Assembly: GCA_018970255.1 (NCBI GenBank)
Contig: JAGWWS010000005.1
Span: 12,876-76,875 of the forward strand
Length of the DNA stretch: 64,000 nucleotides
DNA from: Verrucomicrobiota bacterium
Lineage (GTDB): Bacteria; Verrucomicrobiota; Verrucomicrobiia; Chthoniobacterales; Terrimicrobiaceae
Reading direction: 5' to 3'
The notes under the pieces are model-generated. The model had not been told where the DNA came from. It worked only from the letters and a program-made list of their open reading frames with translations, and searched no databases. A program made the translations under genes and the position numbers. Positions 45,757-55,339 of this stretch are shown here, in pieces. Each line of letters opens with the position of its first letter. Position 1 is the stretch's first letter.

Positions 45757-46437
45757 TCAATTCCGCGCGTAGGTGCGCGGCTCGGGGTCGGCGAGGTGTT
45801 TGATGACCGTGGTGAGGTAGACCGGTTCCGGATGCTTGCCGCGGTATTTCGTGATTTCCTTTTTCCCGACTACGCGGAAGCCGAAGCGCTCGAAAACCTT
45901 TGCGCCGCGGCGGGACTCGAAGGTCACCATTTGCCCGAAGACCTGCGTTTCGCCTTTCGAGCGGAGGAAGTCGCAATAGCGCTCCATCATCCCGGCCGAG
46001 CCGGCGAGGCCCTTCGCCTCGGGGAGGATATTGATGTGGAAATGGGCGGTGCGGCGGGGGGCGGCGGGAACTTCGCGCCAGGAGTTTTTCAGGATCCAAT
46101 GGATGAACTCGCGGGTGGCGGTGTTGTAGCGGCGGTAGCGCCACATGCCGATCGCGAAGAGCCTGAGGTTCTGGAAAAAACCGAACCATTGCTGGCGCAG
46201 CGGGCGGCGCGAGCCGAGGAGGTAGCCTTTCACCTCGCCGTTGTGCTCGAGGACGAACGAGGCCTCGGGCTCCACATCGGTGTAATAGGCGGTCAGGTAG
46301 TCGGCGAAGAGTTCGCGGTCCTCGAAAACGGGGTCGATGGGGTTGCCGAGGAAGCCGGTCTCGCAACACAGTCGGCGGACGGCGGCGCGGTCGCGCGGTT
46401 CGTAGTTCCTGACATGGATGTCGCTGGGCGAAGCCAC
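45757..46437 (-). CDS. GNAT-family N-acetyltransferase
   Basis: 226 aa. A HINILPEAKGLAGSAGMMERYCDFLRSKG-type acetyl-CoA binding segment and FERFGFRVV are present. Confidence 0.6.
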   Translation of the reverse strand: MASPSDIHVRNYEPRDRAAVRRLCCETGFLGNPIDPVFEDRELFADYLTAYYTDVEPEASFVLEHNGEVKGYLLGSRRPLRQQWFGFFQNLRLFAIGMWRYRRYNTATREFIHWILKNSWREVPAAPRRTAHFHINILPEAKGLAGSAGMMERYCDFLRSKGETQVFGQMVTFESRRGAKVFERFGFRVVGKKEITKYRGKHPEPVYLTTVIKHLADPEPRTYARN

Positions 46438-46538
46438 TGGCGGAGGCTATCCACAGCGCCCGTGCGTGCAAACCGGAAAATCCCGCGAGGCCGCCGCGAA
46501 CTTGTTTTCCGGAGCGTGCGGGGTAGATTTCCGCCGCC

Positions 46539-47039
46539 ATGAAACGCAAATCCGTCCGCCTCCTTGCCGTCCCGGTTGCCATCGCCATGGGTGCCACCGG
46601 TTGTTCAAACCTCACCCCTGGTGAAAATGCCGCGCTTGCGGGCGTGGCCACGGGACTCGCCGTCGGGTTGCCGATGGCGCTCACGGGCGTGAGCCCCGCC
46701 GCCACGATTCCCGTCACCGCCGGCGCGATGGCCGCAGCCGCCGGGGGAACCTATTTGATTGCACAAAACCAGGCGACGCGGCGCCAGCGCACCGTCGCCG
46801 AAGACCGGGCGCGCGTTTACGCCGAACGCACCGGGGAATTTTCCAAGCGCTCCACCCGCTACATCGCCGTGCGCACCGAGGGCGACCGCCAACGCGGCAA
46901 GGCGCAGGTGATGGTCTATGATGTCCACTCCGGCCGCATCGTGAGCGACACCGTTTACGATATGAGCTCCGTTCCGCCGGTCGGCGAGATGGGGTATTTC
47001 GGCGGCTACCACGCCCGCTATATCGGGACGGGCAGTTAG
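46539..47039 (+). CDS. Hypothetical lipoprotein (166 aa)
   Basis: MKRKSVRLLAVPVAIAMGATGCSN: signal peptide plus lipobox. A Gly/Ala-rich hydrophobic stretch is followed by a soluble C-terminal domain. It lies 30 nt upstream of the TIR gene. Confidence 0.55.
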   Translation: MKRKSVRLLAVPVAIAMGATGCSNLTPGENAALAGVATGLAVGLPMALTGVSPAATIPVTAGAMAAAAGGTYLIAQNQATRRQRTVAEDRARVYAERTGEFSKRSTRYIAVRTEGDRQRGKAQVMVYDVHSGRIVSDTVYDMSSVPPVGEMGYFGGYHARYIGTGS

Positions 47040-47069
47040 GCGCCAAGCGGCCAACCACCCCGCCGCCGC

Positions 47070-48650
47070 GTGAGCCGCTACCTGGTTTTCATCAGCTACA
47101 GCCATGCGGACGCCCGGCATGCGGCGGCGCTCCAGCGCGCGGTCGAGGGCTTCCGGGTTCCGAAGGACCTCCGCAATACCAGTGCGGGTTCCCCCGAACC
47201 GCCCGGGCGGCTGGCACCCGTTTTCCGCGACAGGGATGTGCTGGGGTCGTCGCACGACCTCACGGGGGAAATCAAAAACGCGCTGGCTTCGAGCGGCTCG
47301 ATGGCGGTGGTTTGTTCGAGGGCTGCGGCGGCATCGTCTTGGGTGTCGCGGGAAATTTCCGCGTTCATCGAACTCCACGGGGGCGAGAGGATTTTTTGCC
47401 TGGTGGTGGACGGGGAGCCGAATGCAGCCGACCCGGCGCTCGAGTGCCTGCCCGGTCCGCTTCGCAGGGCCGAGAGCGGGAGGGAGGTCCTCGCGGCCGA
47501 TGCGCGGCCGGATGCGGACGGTCCGAAGCAGGCGTTCCTGAAAATCATCGCTGGCATTTCGGGCCTGCCCTACGAACGGCTCGCCCAGCGCGAGCGGCGC
47601 CGCTTTGCGCGGAGGGCCCTGGCTTGGGCGGCGGCATCGACGGTCGTGGCGGCCGGTTTTGCCTTCCTGGCCCAACAGGCGAACGAGAGCCGCGTCGTTG
47701 CCGAGCGCGAGGCGAAGCGTGCAAATTTGACGGTGGATTACCTCACTTCGGTCCTCGGCCAGTTCCTGCCCCGCGCCGGCAACGACATTCCCACCGGCGC
47801 CCTGTTGCCGCTCATCGATTCCAGTGCCGAGCCCGGGCGGTTGGCCCCGCTTGCCGGCGAACCCGCCGCATTGATCCGCGTGCGGAATATCCTTGCGACC
47901 GCGTATCTCGATTTGGGCAGCCAGGACAAAGCGCTCGACCTTTACACGGAAAACCTGCGCCTCGCCGAATCCACTTTCGGCGCGAATTCCGATGCCGCGC
48001 TCGAGTGCCGTTTCAATGTGGCGAGGGCTTGCCACCTTTCGGGGGATCCGGGGCGCGCGCTGGAATTGTTGGAAGGCTTGCTGGAGGTGGTGGAGGAGCC
48101 GGGAAGCCGGCACGGCGCGAGGCTTGCCGCGGTCTGCATCGAGATGAATTGGCTCCTGAGCAACCAGCGCCGCCACGCCGAGGCGCTCGAACTCCTCGAG
48201 AAAAACCGTGTGCGGGCCTTGTCGGCGCTGCCCGCCGGGCACCCCGACGCCTTGATCTACAATTCCAACCTCGCCCTGCAATTGATCCAAGTCGGCCGGG
48301 CGGGCGAGGCGGGGCCGCTTCTCGACGAAGCCATCGCCGCCAAAACCGCGAAGGGCGAAGGCGGCGATGCGGACACGGCCCTCTTCCGCTGCTACCGGGG
48401 AATCGTTTTTTCGCTGAACGACGAACTCGTGCCGGCGGAGGGGTGCTTCCGCAGCGCGCTTGCGGTTTTCGAGTTGAAATTCGGGAAGGAAAACATCCGG
48501 ACCATTTCCACCGCGCACAAACTTGCCCTGGTCCTCGGGGCCGCCGGGAAAACCGCGGAGTCCGGCGAGGTGATGGACCTTTACTTCGGCAATCCGCCCG
48601 ACCCTAAGAAATTGAAAATGGCAATGGGTCCGCCCAAGCCTGAGGCCTGA
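47070..48650 (+). CDS. TIR domain - transmembrane helix - TPR repeat protein
   Basis: GTG start. YLVFISYSHADARHAAAL ... SMAVVCSRAAAASSWVSREISAFIE is the TIR_2 pattern, including the conserved W..E glutamate. A TM helix ALAWAAASTVVAAGFAFLAQQA follows, then about 300 aa of TPR-like repeats (ATAYLDLGSQDKALDLYTENLRLAE etc). Confidence 0.7.
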   Translation: MSRYLVFISYSHADARHAAALQRAVEGFRVPKDLRNTSAGSPEPPGRLAPVFRDRDVLGSSHDLTGEIKNALASSGSMAVVCSRAAAASSWVSREISAFIELHGGERIFCLVVDGEPNAADPALECLPGPLRRAESGREVLAADARPDADGPKQAFLKIIAGISGLPYERLAQRERRRFARRALAWAAASTVVAAGFAFLAQQANESRVVAEREAKRANLTVDYLTSVLGQFLPRAGNDIPTGALLPLIDSSAEPGRLAPLAGEPAALIRVRNILATAYLDLGSQDKALDLYTENLRLAESTFGANSDAALECRFNVARACHLSGDPGRALELLEGLLEVVEEPGSRHGARLAAVCIEMNWLLSNQRRHAEALELLEKNRVRALSALPAGHPDALIYNSNLALQLIQVGRAGEAGPLLDEAIAAKTAKGEGGDADTALFRCYRGIVFSLNDELVPAEGCFRSALAVFELKFGKENIRTISTAHKLALVLGAAGKTAESGEVMDLYFGNPPDPKKLKMAMGPPKPEA

Positions 48651-48676
48651 AGCCGATTGTTTTCATTTACTCGGGC

Positions 48677-49585
48677 ATGCCGCGGAAACAGGATTCCGCC
48701 ATGCAAAAGACCCCTGTAAAAATCGGTCTCGTCCAGCACCGCTGCGGCGCCAGCGTGAAGGAAAACTCCGCGCGCGCCGTGGAGGGAATCCGCGAAGCCG
48801 CCGGGCGCGGAGCGAACATCGTTTGCCTGCAGGAGCTGTTCCAGTCCGTGTATTTTTGCCAGGTCGAGGACCACAAATACTTCGATCTTGCAGAGACCGT
48901 TCCCGGACCGACCGTGGTGGAGTTGCGCAGGCTGGCCGCCGAGTTGGGCGTGGTTTTGATTGCCTCGCTGTTCGAGAAGCGCGCGGCGGGGCTCTACCAC
49001 AACACGGCTGCGGTCATTGATGCCGACGGGGCGTTCCTCGGCAAATACCGGAAGATGCACATCCCCGACGACCCGCTTTACTACGAGAAATTCTACTTCA
49101 CGCCCGGCGACCTCGGCTTCCGCGCCTGGCAAACCAAGTTCGCGCGCATCGGCGTGTGCGTTTGCTGGGACCAATGGTATCCCGAGGCGGCTAGGCTCAC
49201 GGCGCTGCAGGGTGCCGAGATCATTTTTTATCCGACCGCGATCGGTTGGCATCCCGCCGAAAAGGAAAAATACGGCCGGCGCCAGCACAGCGCCTGGGAG
49301 ACGGTGCAGCGCGGGCATGCGATTGCGAACGGCTGCTATGTCGCGGCCCCGAACCGCGTGGGCCACGAGGCGCCGGATGGCGGCCCCGGGATTGAATTTT
49401 GGGGGCAGAGTTTCGTGGCCGACCCCGCGGGCGAAATCGTTTCGAGGGCTTCCGCCGACTCCGAGGAAGTGATGGTCGTGGAGATCGACCTTTCGAATGT
49501 CGAAACGCAACGCACGCACTGGCCGTTCCTGCGCGACCGGCGGATCGACGGCTACGGCGAGCTGGTGCGGCGGTTCATCGATTGA
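48677..49585 (+). CDS. aguB: N-carbamoylputrescine amidase (nitrilase superfamily)
   Basis: 302 aa. IVCLQELF, GKYRKMHIPDDPLYYEKFYFTPGD, IGVCVCWDQWYPEAAR and IIFYPTAIGW match AguB closely, including the Glu-Lys-Cys triad context. Confidence 0.85.
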   Translation: MPRKQDSAMQKTPVKIGLVQHRCGASVKENSARAVEGIREAAGRGANIVCLQELFQSVYFCQVEDHKYFDLAETVPGPTVVELRRLAAELGVVLIASLFEKRAAGLYHNTAAVIDADGAFLGKYRKMHIPDDPLYYEKFYFTPGDLGFRAWQTKFARIGVCVCWDQWYPEAARLTALQGAEIIFYPTAIGWHPAEKEKYGRRQHSAWETVQRGHAIANGCYVAAPNRVGHEAPDGGPGIEFWGQSFVADPAGEIVSRASADSEEVMVVEIDLSNVETQRTHWPFLRDRRIDGYGELVRRFID

Positions 49586-50391
49586 TGGGAGTCCGCGAAA
49601 CCACGGGCACCGTCCTGGTCGCACTCGCCGCGGCTCTCCTGCTGTGGGGATACATGCGGGTCCTTTTCAAATCCACGGCGCTGGCGTGGTCCGAGCCGGG
49701 CAGGTTCCCCATTTTCGAGTGGCGGCTGCCGGAGGCGCTTTTCACGCTCGGGCTCTCGGGGTTTTTCCTGGCAGGCGCGTTGGCGTCGTTCGGCGGCACG
49801 CCGGGCGTGATCACCGTGGCTTCGCTGCAGGCGTCGCTCGCGCTTTATGCGGCGATCGTTTTGCTGGCGGTGGGATTCCTTGTTTTCCGCAACAACAACC
49901 CCGCCGATGTTTTCGGGCTGAAGCCGGAGGCTTGGCTGCGCACCGGTGCCGCGGCCGTGGGCGGGCTGTTGCTCGCGCTCCCCGCGGTTTATGGCGGGCA
50001 ATTCCTCGGCTACCAACTCGCCGGGCCGGATTCGCAGGCGCAGCCGATCGTGCAGTTTTTGGTCGACAACAAAAACTGGGATGCGCGGCTGATGGTGGTG
50101 CTGGTCGGCGCCATCGCCGCACCAGTGGCGGAAGAGGTCGTTTTCCGCGGATGCCTCTACGGAGTCCTGCGCCAATGGTGGGGGCGCCTGGCTGCGCTTG
50201 GCACAAGTTCGCTGGTCTTCGCGCTCATCCACGGGCATATGGCTTCGCTGCCGGCATTGTTCCTCCTCGCGGCCGCCCTGGTGCTCATCTACGAGGCGAC
50301 CGGGACCCTCTGGGCGCCGATCGCCGCGCACGCACTCTTCAACGGAATCAACATCGTCGCCGCAACCCAATGGCCCGACCTGATGAAATAA
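49585..50391 (+). CDS. CPBP (CAAX/Abi) family intramembrane metalloprotease
   Basis: I chose the start MGVRETTG (the ATG shares one base with the aguB TGA). PVAEEVVFRGCLYG (EExxxR), FALIHG and HALFNGINI motifs are present. Confidence 0.75.
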   Translation: MGVRETTGTVLVALAAALLLWGYMRVLFKSTALAWSEPGRFPIFEWRLPEALFTLGLSGFFLAGALASFGGTPGVITVASLQASLALYAAIVLLAVGFLVFRNNNPADVFGLKPEAWLRTGAAAVGGLLLALPAVYGGQFLGYQLAGPDSQAQPIVQFLVDNKNWDARLMVVLVGAIAAPVAEEVVFRGCLYGVLRQWWGRLAALGTSSLVFALIHGHMASLPALFLLAAALVLIYEATGTLWAPIAAHALFNGINIVAATQWPDLMK

Positions 50392-51269
50392 GACTGTGCG
50401 CGGAGGACGCGCTGCTGGCTGAACTTCTGAAGGAGGTTCCGCTGCCCAAGGGCGGGGCGCTGGGGCCCGGCGACGATTGCGCCGCCATTCCGGCCGCGCG
50501 CGCCGGGGAGATGGTTTTGCTCAAGACGGATTGCATTGCCGAGGATGTGCATTTCCGCCGGGGCGACGACCCGGCGCTGGTGGGTTGGAAGGCGCTTTGC
50601 CGCCCGCTGAGCGACATCGCGGCGATGGGCGGTGTTCCCGGGCAGGCATTGGTGACCTTTTTCTCGCCGCCGGATTTGGAGGGCGGCTACTGGAGGAAAT
50701 TCTACCGCGGGCTCGGGCGCGCCGCCCGCAAGTTCGGCGTTGCGATTGCCGGCGGCGAGATGTCGCGGCAAATAAACGGGATCGCGGTCTCGGTCGCCCT
50801 CACCGGAACGGTTGCAAAAAACCAACTCGTCCAGCGCTCGGGAGGCAGGGCGGGGGATTTGGTTTTCGTAACAGGCAGGCTCGGGGGATCGATCCGGGGA
50901 AAACACCTGCGGTTCGAGCCGAGGCTCAAGGAAGGGCGCTGGCTCGCGCGGCAAGGCTTCGCCGCCGCCATGATGGACCTGAGCGACGGGCTCGGAAGCG
51001 ACCTGCCACGGCTCGCGAGGGCGAGCGGGTGCGGTTTTGCCATCGACGCTGCGGCGATCCCAAAGAACCGCGGTTGTTCTTTGGACCGGGCCATCTCGGA
51101 CGGCGAGGACTACGAATTGCTTTTCGCGGTCCGCCCCGCGAAGGCGGAGCGTCTGCGCCGCGCGTGGGCCAAGGCGTTCCCGAAAGTCCCGCTCTCCTGC
51201 ATCGGCAAACTCACCCGGGAAAAAAACACCCCGGCCGGCTGGCGCGGCGGATGGGACCATTTCGGCTGA
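50370..51269 (+). CDS. thiL: Thiamine-monophosphate kinase
   Basis: C-terminal about 299 codons of ORF 49497..51269. GPGDDCAAI, LKTDCIAEDVHF, ALCRPLSDIAAMGG and the AIR-synthase-like C-domain DGEDYELLF. The start is uncertain (ATG 50370 overlaps the CPBP end). Confidence 0.8.
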   Translation: MARPDEIRLCAEDALLAELLKEVPLPKGGALGPGDDCAAIPAARAGEMVLLKTDCIAEDVHFRRGDDPALVGWKALCRPLSDIAAMGGVPGQALVTFFSPPDLEGGYWRKFYRGLGRAARKFGVAIAGGEMSRQINGIAVSVALTGTVAKNQLVQRSGGRAGDLVFVTGRLGGSIRGKHLRFEPRLKEGRWLARQGFAAAMMDLSDGLGSDLPRLARASGCGFAIDAAAIPKNRGCSLDRAISDGEDYELLFAVRPAKAERLRRAWAKAFPKVPLSCIGKLTREKNTPAGWRGGWDHFG

Positions 51270-51312
51270 CTTTTGTTCTTGCCTCGGCAACGGCGCTGAA
51301 AATCCTCGCGGC

Positions 51313-52014
51313 ATGTTGAGGGTCTTGGCTGTCCTTTTTGTTTTGCTGGCCTGCGAGGCGCGTGCCGCGGTCCAGCGGGAATACATCATCCTGAGCGGCG
51401 GGCCCTCGCTCGAGGAGTGGGAAAAATTCAAGGAGGATCCGCACGACCGTTGGTGGGGGAATTTTATCCGGTCCGCGCGCGTGCGGATGCAGGAGTTGTT
51501 GAAAAAAGGCGTGCCGGCTTCGGACATCACTTGGCTGGTCCACCGGCCGAGCTATGTGCGGCGGGCGCAGCGCCAGGACAAAACCGATCTCATCGATAAC
51601 ATCCTCTCGGTGCAGGAACGGTTCGGCATCAAACTCGTTTGGTTCAACGAGGGGAGCGAGGTGGTTGCCTACCTCAACGGCGGCCGGCCGCGGGACCGGG
51701 TGAAGATTGCGAACTTCGAATACTACGGCCACTCGAACCGGGCGTGTTTCATGTTCGACTACAGCAACGAGATCGACAGCGGATCGAAGAGTTGGTTGCA
51801 CGAGAAGGAACTTTCGCAGATCCGGCGGGGGATCTTCACGCGCGATGCGTTCATCAAAAGCTGGGGCTGCCACACGGCCGAGAGCATGAGCAAATTTTGG
51901 CGCCGGGCGACGGGCAAACGGATGATCGGCGCGGTGGGCAAGACGGACTACTCGAACGGGCACCTGCGGAACTGGGTGCCTACACTTTCCAAAGGCGCGC
52001 GCTGGGGTGGGTGA
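51313..52014 (+). CDS. Secreted hypothetical protein (233 aa)
   Basis: I chose the start MLRVLAVLFVLLACEARA (signal peptide). Conserved-looking FEYYGHSNRACFMFDY and SWGCHTAESM segments. No family recognised. Confidence 0.5.
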   Translation: MLRVLAVLFVLLACEARAAVQREYIILSGGPSLEEWEKFKEDPHDRWWGNFIRSARVRMQELLKKGVPASDITWLVHRPSYVRRAQRQDKTDLIDNILSVQERFGIKLVWFNEGSEVVAYLNGGRPRDRVKIANFEYYGHSNRACFMFDYSNEIDSGSKSWLHEKELSQIRRGIFTRDAFIKSWGCHTAESMSKFWRRATGKRMIGAVGKTDYSNGHLRNWVPTLSKGARWGG

Positions 52015-52051
52015 AAATGCAGTGAGGTGCGGCGCGTCCGGAGGCCGCGCC

Positions 52052-52438
52052 CTACCGCAGGCGGGGGATGGCGGGGAGGCGGTCGAAGTGGGCGTCGCGG
52101 GTGTAGAGGACGAGCGAATGCTCGATGGCGAGGGCGGCGATCCAGATGTCGTTCGTCGGGATGGGTGTGCCGGCTTTTTTCAGGCGGGCGTAGAGTGCGG
52201 CGTAGTGGTGGGCTGTGGCGTCGCTGCTGTGGGCGACGCGGACGCCCGGTTGCTGGAGGAGTTCGCCGAGGACGCGCGCCTGGGCGTCGCCCCGCTTGAT
52301 GGATTGGGCGCCGACGCGGATTTCCGCCAAGACGATGAACGGAACAACAAGCAGGGCGGCTTGCTCGAAGGCATCGACGGCGGCGGGGTCGCCGGCGCAG
52401 AAGTCGATGAAGCGGTTCGAGTCGATAAGGATTCTCAC
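52052..52438 (-). CDS. vapC: Type II toxin VapC (PIN-domain ribonuclease)
   Basis: 128 aa from GTG 52438. ILIDSN (Asp), VLAEI (Glu), PTNDIWIAA (Asp) and YTRDAHF (Asp) form the PIN acidic quartet. The start overlaps the antitoxin stop (GTGA). Confidence 0.8.
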   Translation of the reverse strand: MRILIDSNRFIDFCAGDPAAVDAFEQAALLVVPFIVLAEIRVGAQSIKRGDAQARVLGELLQQPGVRVAHSSDATAHHYAALYARLKKAGTPIPTNDIWIAALAIEHSLVLYTRDAHFDRLPAIPRLR

Positions 52439-52701
52439 TTCCAGTCCCCGGGGTTCACTTTGTCCTGGCCCTCGAGGTTGGCGCGCCAGGCTGTGGTATT
52501 GGGCTTCGGCGATTGGGCGAGCATTTGGCGGAGGGTGCGGTAGCGCACGGGCACGCGTTCGGCACCGAGGCCGCGCTGCAGGGCGTGGAGGGTGGCTTGG
52601 TTGAGGCTCACGCCTTCGAGGGTGGCGGTTTCGCGAAGGAGGTTGTCGATTTCGTTTGGGACATCGCGCACGGTGTATTGGACTGTGGGCTTTTTCTTCA
52701 T
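52435..52701 (-). CDS. vapB: Type II antitoxin (ribbon-helix-helix, FitA/VapB-like)
   Basis: 88 aa. QYTVRDVPNEIDNLLRETATLEGVSLNQATLHALQRGL is an RHH/Arc-type DNA-binding N-terminus. Located immediately upstream of vapC. Confidence 0.7.
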   Translation of the reverse strand: MKKKPTVQYTVRDVPNEIDNLLRETATLEGVSLNQATLHALQRGLGAERVPVRYRTLRQMLAQSPKPNTTAWRANLEGQDKVNPGDWK

Positions 52702-52731
52702 GCCTGCAATGGAGCATGGAAGTGCAGGCAT
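52700..52731 (-). promoter_or_regulatory. Putative vapBC operator: 9-bp inverted repeat overlapping the antitoxin start codon
   Basis: atgcctgca (52700-52708) and tgcaggcat (52723-52731), separated by 14 nt. Confidence 0.4.
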
Positions 52732-52859
52732 GGCAAGTTTTATGGGGGAAGGGAGGGTGGTTTTGCGGAACCCGTTTTGAGTCCGGGAGCCTGGCTTGCC
52801 GGAGACAGCGCTGCGCGCCCGGGGTTTGGGACCGCCCGGAGAGCCGTCCCTACCTTGGG

Positions 52860-55337
52860 CTACCTTGCGGCGGCGGGCTTCTTTTTGGGCGTGGCGGGCT
52901 TTTTTTCGCGGGGGGCGCGGGGCTCGAATTCGAAGACGACTTTGGCGCCTTCCAATTTCAGGTAGGCCGAGAAGGGTTTGCCTTTTTTGCTGATGAAACG
53001 GGGGAGCAGGTCGGTTTTGCCGAGGGTGAGGATTTTTTCGACTTGCTCGCGGGGGATTTCTTTTTGGCAAAGGGTTTTTCCCATGCGGAATTTGCATTTG
53101 GCGGTGTTGCTGCACTGCCAGGAGGTGCCGGTGTCGTGGATGGTGCCTTCCTTGCAGGCGGGGCATTGGCCGATGCCGGGGAGTTGGGAAAAATCGATGC
53201 GCGCGGCGGAGTCGGGGCTGTCGCCGAAGTCGAAGGATTGCTTGCCTTCGGTTTTGTCGAATTGGACGACGGCGTTGAAGGGGCGGCCGAGTTTGGAGCG
53301 GAAGCCTTCGAGCGGGCCGACGCGGAGGTCGGTGAGGAGTTTCTCGACTTCCTCGCGCTCGAATTGGCGGCCGGACATGTTTTTCCAGACGATGGCGCCG
53401 CACTTGGCGCCGCATTCGAAGGCCTTGAACGATTCGGTGAATCCGATGTGGCCGCATTTCGGGCAGGGGATTTCGAGGTCGCGGAAGGTGCCGGAGACGA
53501 GGTCGCCTTCGAAGGACTTGGCTTTTTCAACGATGTCGGCGGTGAATTCCTTGATGTCGTGCATGAAGCGGGTGCGGTCGAGGCCGCCGTGCTCCATTTG
53601 CTTCAGTTTGAATTCCCATTCGCCGGTCATCTCTGGGGAGGTGAGGGATTGGATGCCGAGGCCGCGGAGGAGGGTGATGAGGGCGAGGCCTTTTGAGGTG
53701 ACGATGAGTTCCTTTCCTTGGCGGAGGAGGTAGCCGTCGAGGAGGAGGCCTTCGATGGTTTGGGCGCGGGTGGCGGGTGTGCCCAGGCCGCGCTGGGACA
53801 TGGCTTCGCGGAGTTCCTCGTCGTCGACGAGCTTGCCGGCGCCTTCCATGGCGGAAAGGAGGGTGGCTTCGGTGAAGCGGGCGGGGGGGCGGGTTTCGTT
53901 TTCCTTGGTCTCGAGCGAGAGGGTTTTCGCGGTTTCGCCGGGGGCGGCGGGGACGACGGTTTCGTCCTCGCCGGCGGCTTCCTTGCCGTAGACGGCGAGC
54001 CAGCCGGGGTCGGTGAGGATTTTGCCGTCGGTTTTGAAGGCTTCGTTTTCCACGCGGGTGATGCGGGTGGTGACTTCGAATTTCGCAACGGGGTAGAAGG
54101 CGGCGACGAAGCGGCGGGCGACCATGTCGTAGACCTTCAACTCGAAGTCGTCGAGGGCGCGGGGGGAGGCGCCGGTGGGGATGATGGCGAAGTGGTCGGT
54201 GACTTTGGCGGAATTGAAAACGCGGCGGTTCAGGCCGACCCAGCCTTTTTCAAGGGCGTGGCGGGCGTGGGCGGCGAGGTCATCGATCTCGAGGCCGGCG
54301 AGGATTTTTTTGACCTGGCCGAGGTTGTCGTCCGGGAGGTAGCGGGAATCGGTGCGGGGGTAGGTGAGGACCTTGTGTTTTTCGTAGAGGGCCTGGGCGA
54401 TCTGGAGGGTGCGCTTGGCGCTGAGGCCGAAGCGGGAGTTCGCCTCGCGCTGGAGGGTGGTGAGGTCGTAGAGCTGGGGTGCGATCTGGGTGGTGGGTTT
54501 TTTCTCTTCGGTGATGGCGCCGGGCTTGCCGGTGCACTTGGCAACGATGGCCTCGGCGGCGGCGCGGTCCCAGAGGCGCTCGGGGCGGGCGTTTTCGTCG
54601 TCGGATTTTTTGAAGGATTCGAGGAACCAGCGGCCGCGATAGGTGCCGGCGGCGATGCCGAAATCGGCGAAGACTTCGAAGTAGGGGCGGGGCTGGAAGG
54701 CGCGGATTTTTTCCTCCCGCTCGGCGAGGATGGCGAGCGTGGGGGTCTGGACGCGACCGACGGGGGTGAGCTGGAAGCCGCCGCCTTTCGAGTTGAAGGC
54801 GGTCATGGCGCGGGTGGCGTTGATGCCGACGAGCCAATCGCTTTCGCTGCGGCAAACGGCGGCGTCGGCGAGGGGGTGCATTTCGGTGCCCGGGCGGAGG
54901 TGGGAGAAGCCGTCGCGGATGGCCTCGGGGGTCATGCTCTGGAGCCAGAGGCGGCGGACGGGCTTTTTGCAGCCTGCGAGCTGGAGGATGTAGTGGAAGA
55001 TGAGTTCGCCCTCGCGGCCGGCGTCGCAGGCGTTGACGACCTCGGTGACATCGGCTCGCTTGAGGAGGCGTTTGACGAGGTTCAGGCGGGAGGTGGATTT
55101 TTCAATGGGCTTCAGGTCGAAGTGGTCCGGGATGATCGGGAGGTTCGCGAAGGACCACTTGCCGCGTTTTTTGTCCATCTCGTTCGGGAGGCAAAGTTCG
55201 ACGAGGTGGCCGATGGCGGAGGTGATGATGTGGGAGTCGTTCTCGAAATGGTCGTCCTTGCTGGCGAACTTGCCGAGGGCCTTGGCGAGGTCGCGGGCGA
55301 CGGAGGGTTTTTCGGCGATGATGAGGGTTTTTGACAT
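52860..55337 (-). CDS. topB: Type IA DNA topoisomerase, topoisomerase III-like, with Zn-ribbon/C-terminal repeats and Lys-rich tail
   Basis: 825 aa. [22 protein letters not shown] (Toprim, TopB-like start), active-site region [18 protein letters not shown], and C-terminal CPKCG/CPACK zinc ribbons. Two repeats are present ([27 protein letters not shown] and [27 protein letters not shown]). Confidence 0.85.
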   Translation of the reverse strand: MSKTLIIAEKPSVARDLAKALGKFASKDDHFENDSHIITSAIGHLVELCLPNEMDKKRGKWSFANLPIIPDHFDLKPIEKSTSRLNLVKRLLKRADVTEVVNACDAGREGELIFHYILQLAGCKKPVRRLWLQSMTPEAIRDGFSHLRPGTEMHPLADAAVCRSESDWLVGINATRAMTAFNSKGGGFQLTPVGRVQTPTLAILAEREEKIRAFQPRPYFEVFADFGIAAGTYRGRWFLESFKKSDDENARPERLWDRAAAEAIVAKCTGKPGAITEEKKPTTQIAPQLYDLTTLQREANSRFGLSAKRTLQIAQALYEKHKVLTYPRTDSRYLPDDNLGQVKKILAGLEIDDLAAHARHALEKGWVGLNRRVFNSAKVTDHFAIIPTGASPRALDDFELKVYDMVARRFVAAFYPVAKFEVTTRITRVENEAFKTDGKILTDPGWLAVYGKEAAGEDETVVPAAPGETAKTLSLETKENETRPPARFTEATLLSAMEGAGKLVDDEELREAMSQRGLGTPATRAQTIEGLLLDGYLLRQGKELIVTSKGLALITLLRGLGIQSLTSPEMTGEWEFKLKQMEHGGLDRTRFMHDIKEFTADIVEKAKSFEGDLVSGTFRDLEIPCPKCGHIGFTESFKAFECGAKCGAIVWKNMSGRQFEREEVEKLLTDLRVGPLEGFRSKLGRPFNAVVQFDKTEGKQSFDFGDSPDSAARIDFSQLPGIGQCPACKEGTIHDTGTSWQCSNTAKCKFRMGKTLCQKEIPREQVEKILTLGKTDLLPRFISKKGKPFSAYLKLEGAKVVFEFEPRAPREKKPATPKKKPAAAR

Positions 55338-55339
55338 TT

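Noticed and set aside
43491-45803. 770-aa plus-strand ORF spanning glgA, sixA and fabG in antisense
   Set aside because: It crosses three independently recognisable minus-strand genes and their intergenic gaps, and has GC-driven Gly/Asp/Ala-rich composition.
46605-48518. 637-aa minus-strand ORF antisense to the lipoprotein and TIR-TPR genes
   Set aside because: Arg/Pro/Gly-rich with no recognisable domain. The plus-strand products have signal peptide, TIR and TPR signatures.
49497-50369. N-terminal part of the 590-aa ORF ending as ThiL
   Set aside because: Arg/Gly/Pro-rich, and it overlaps the CPBP protease gene in another frame. ThiL motifs begin after about 50370.
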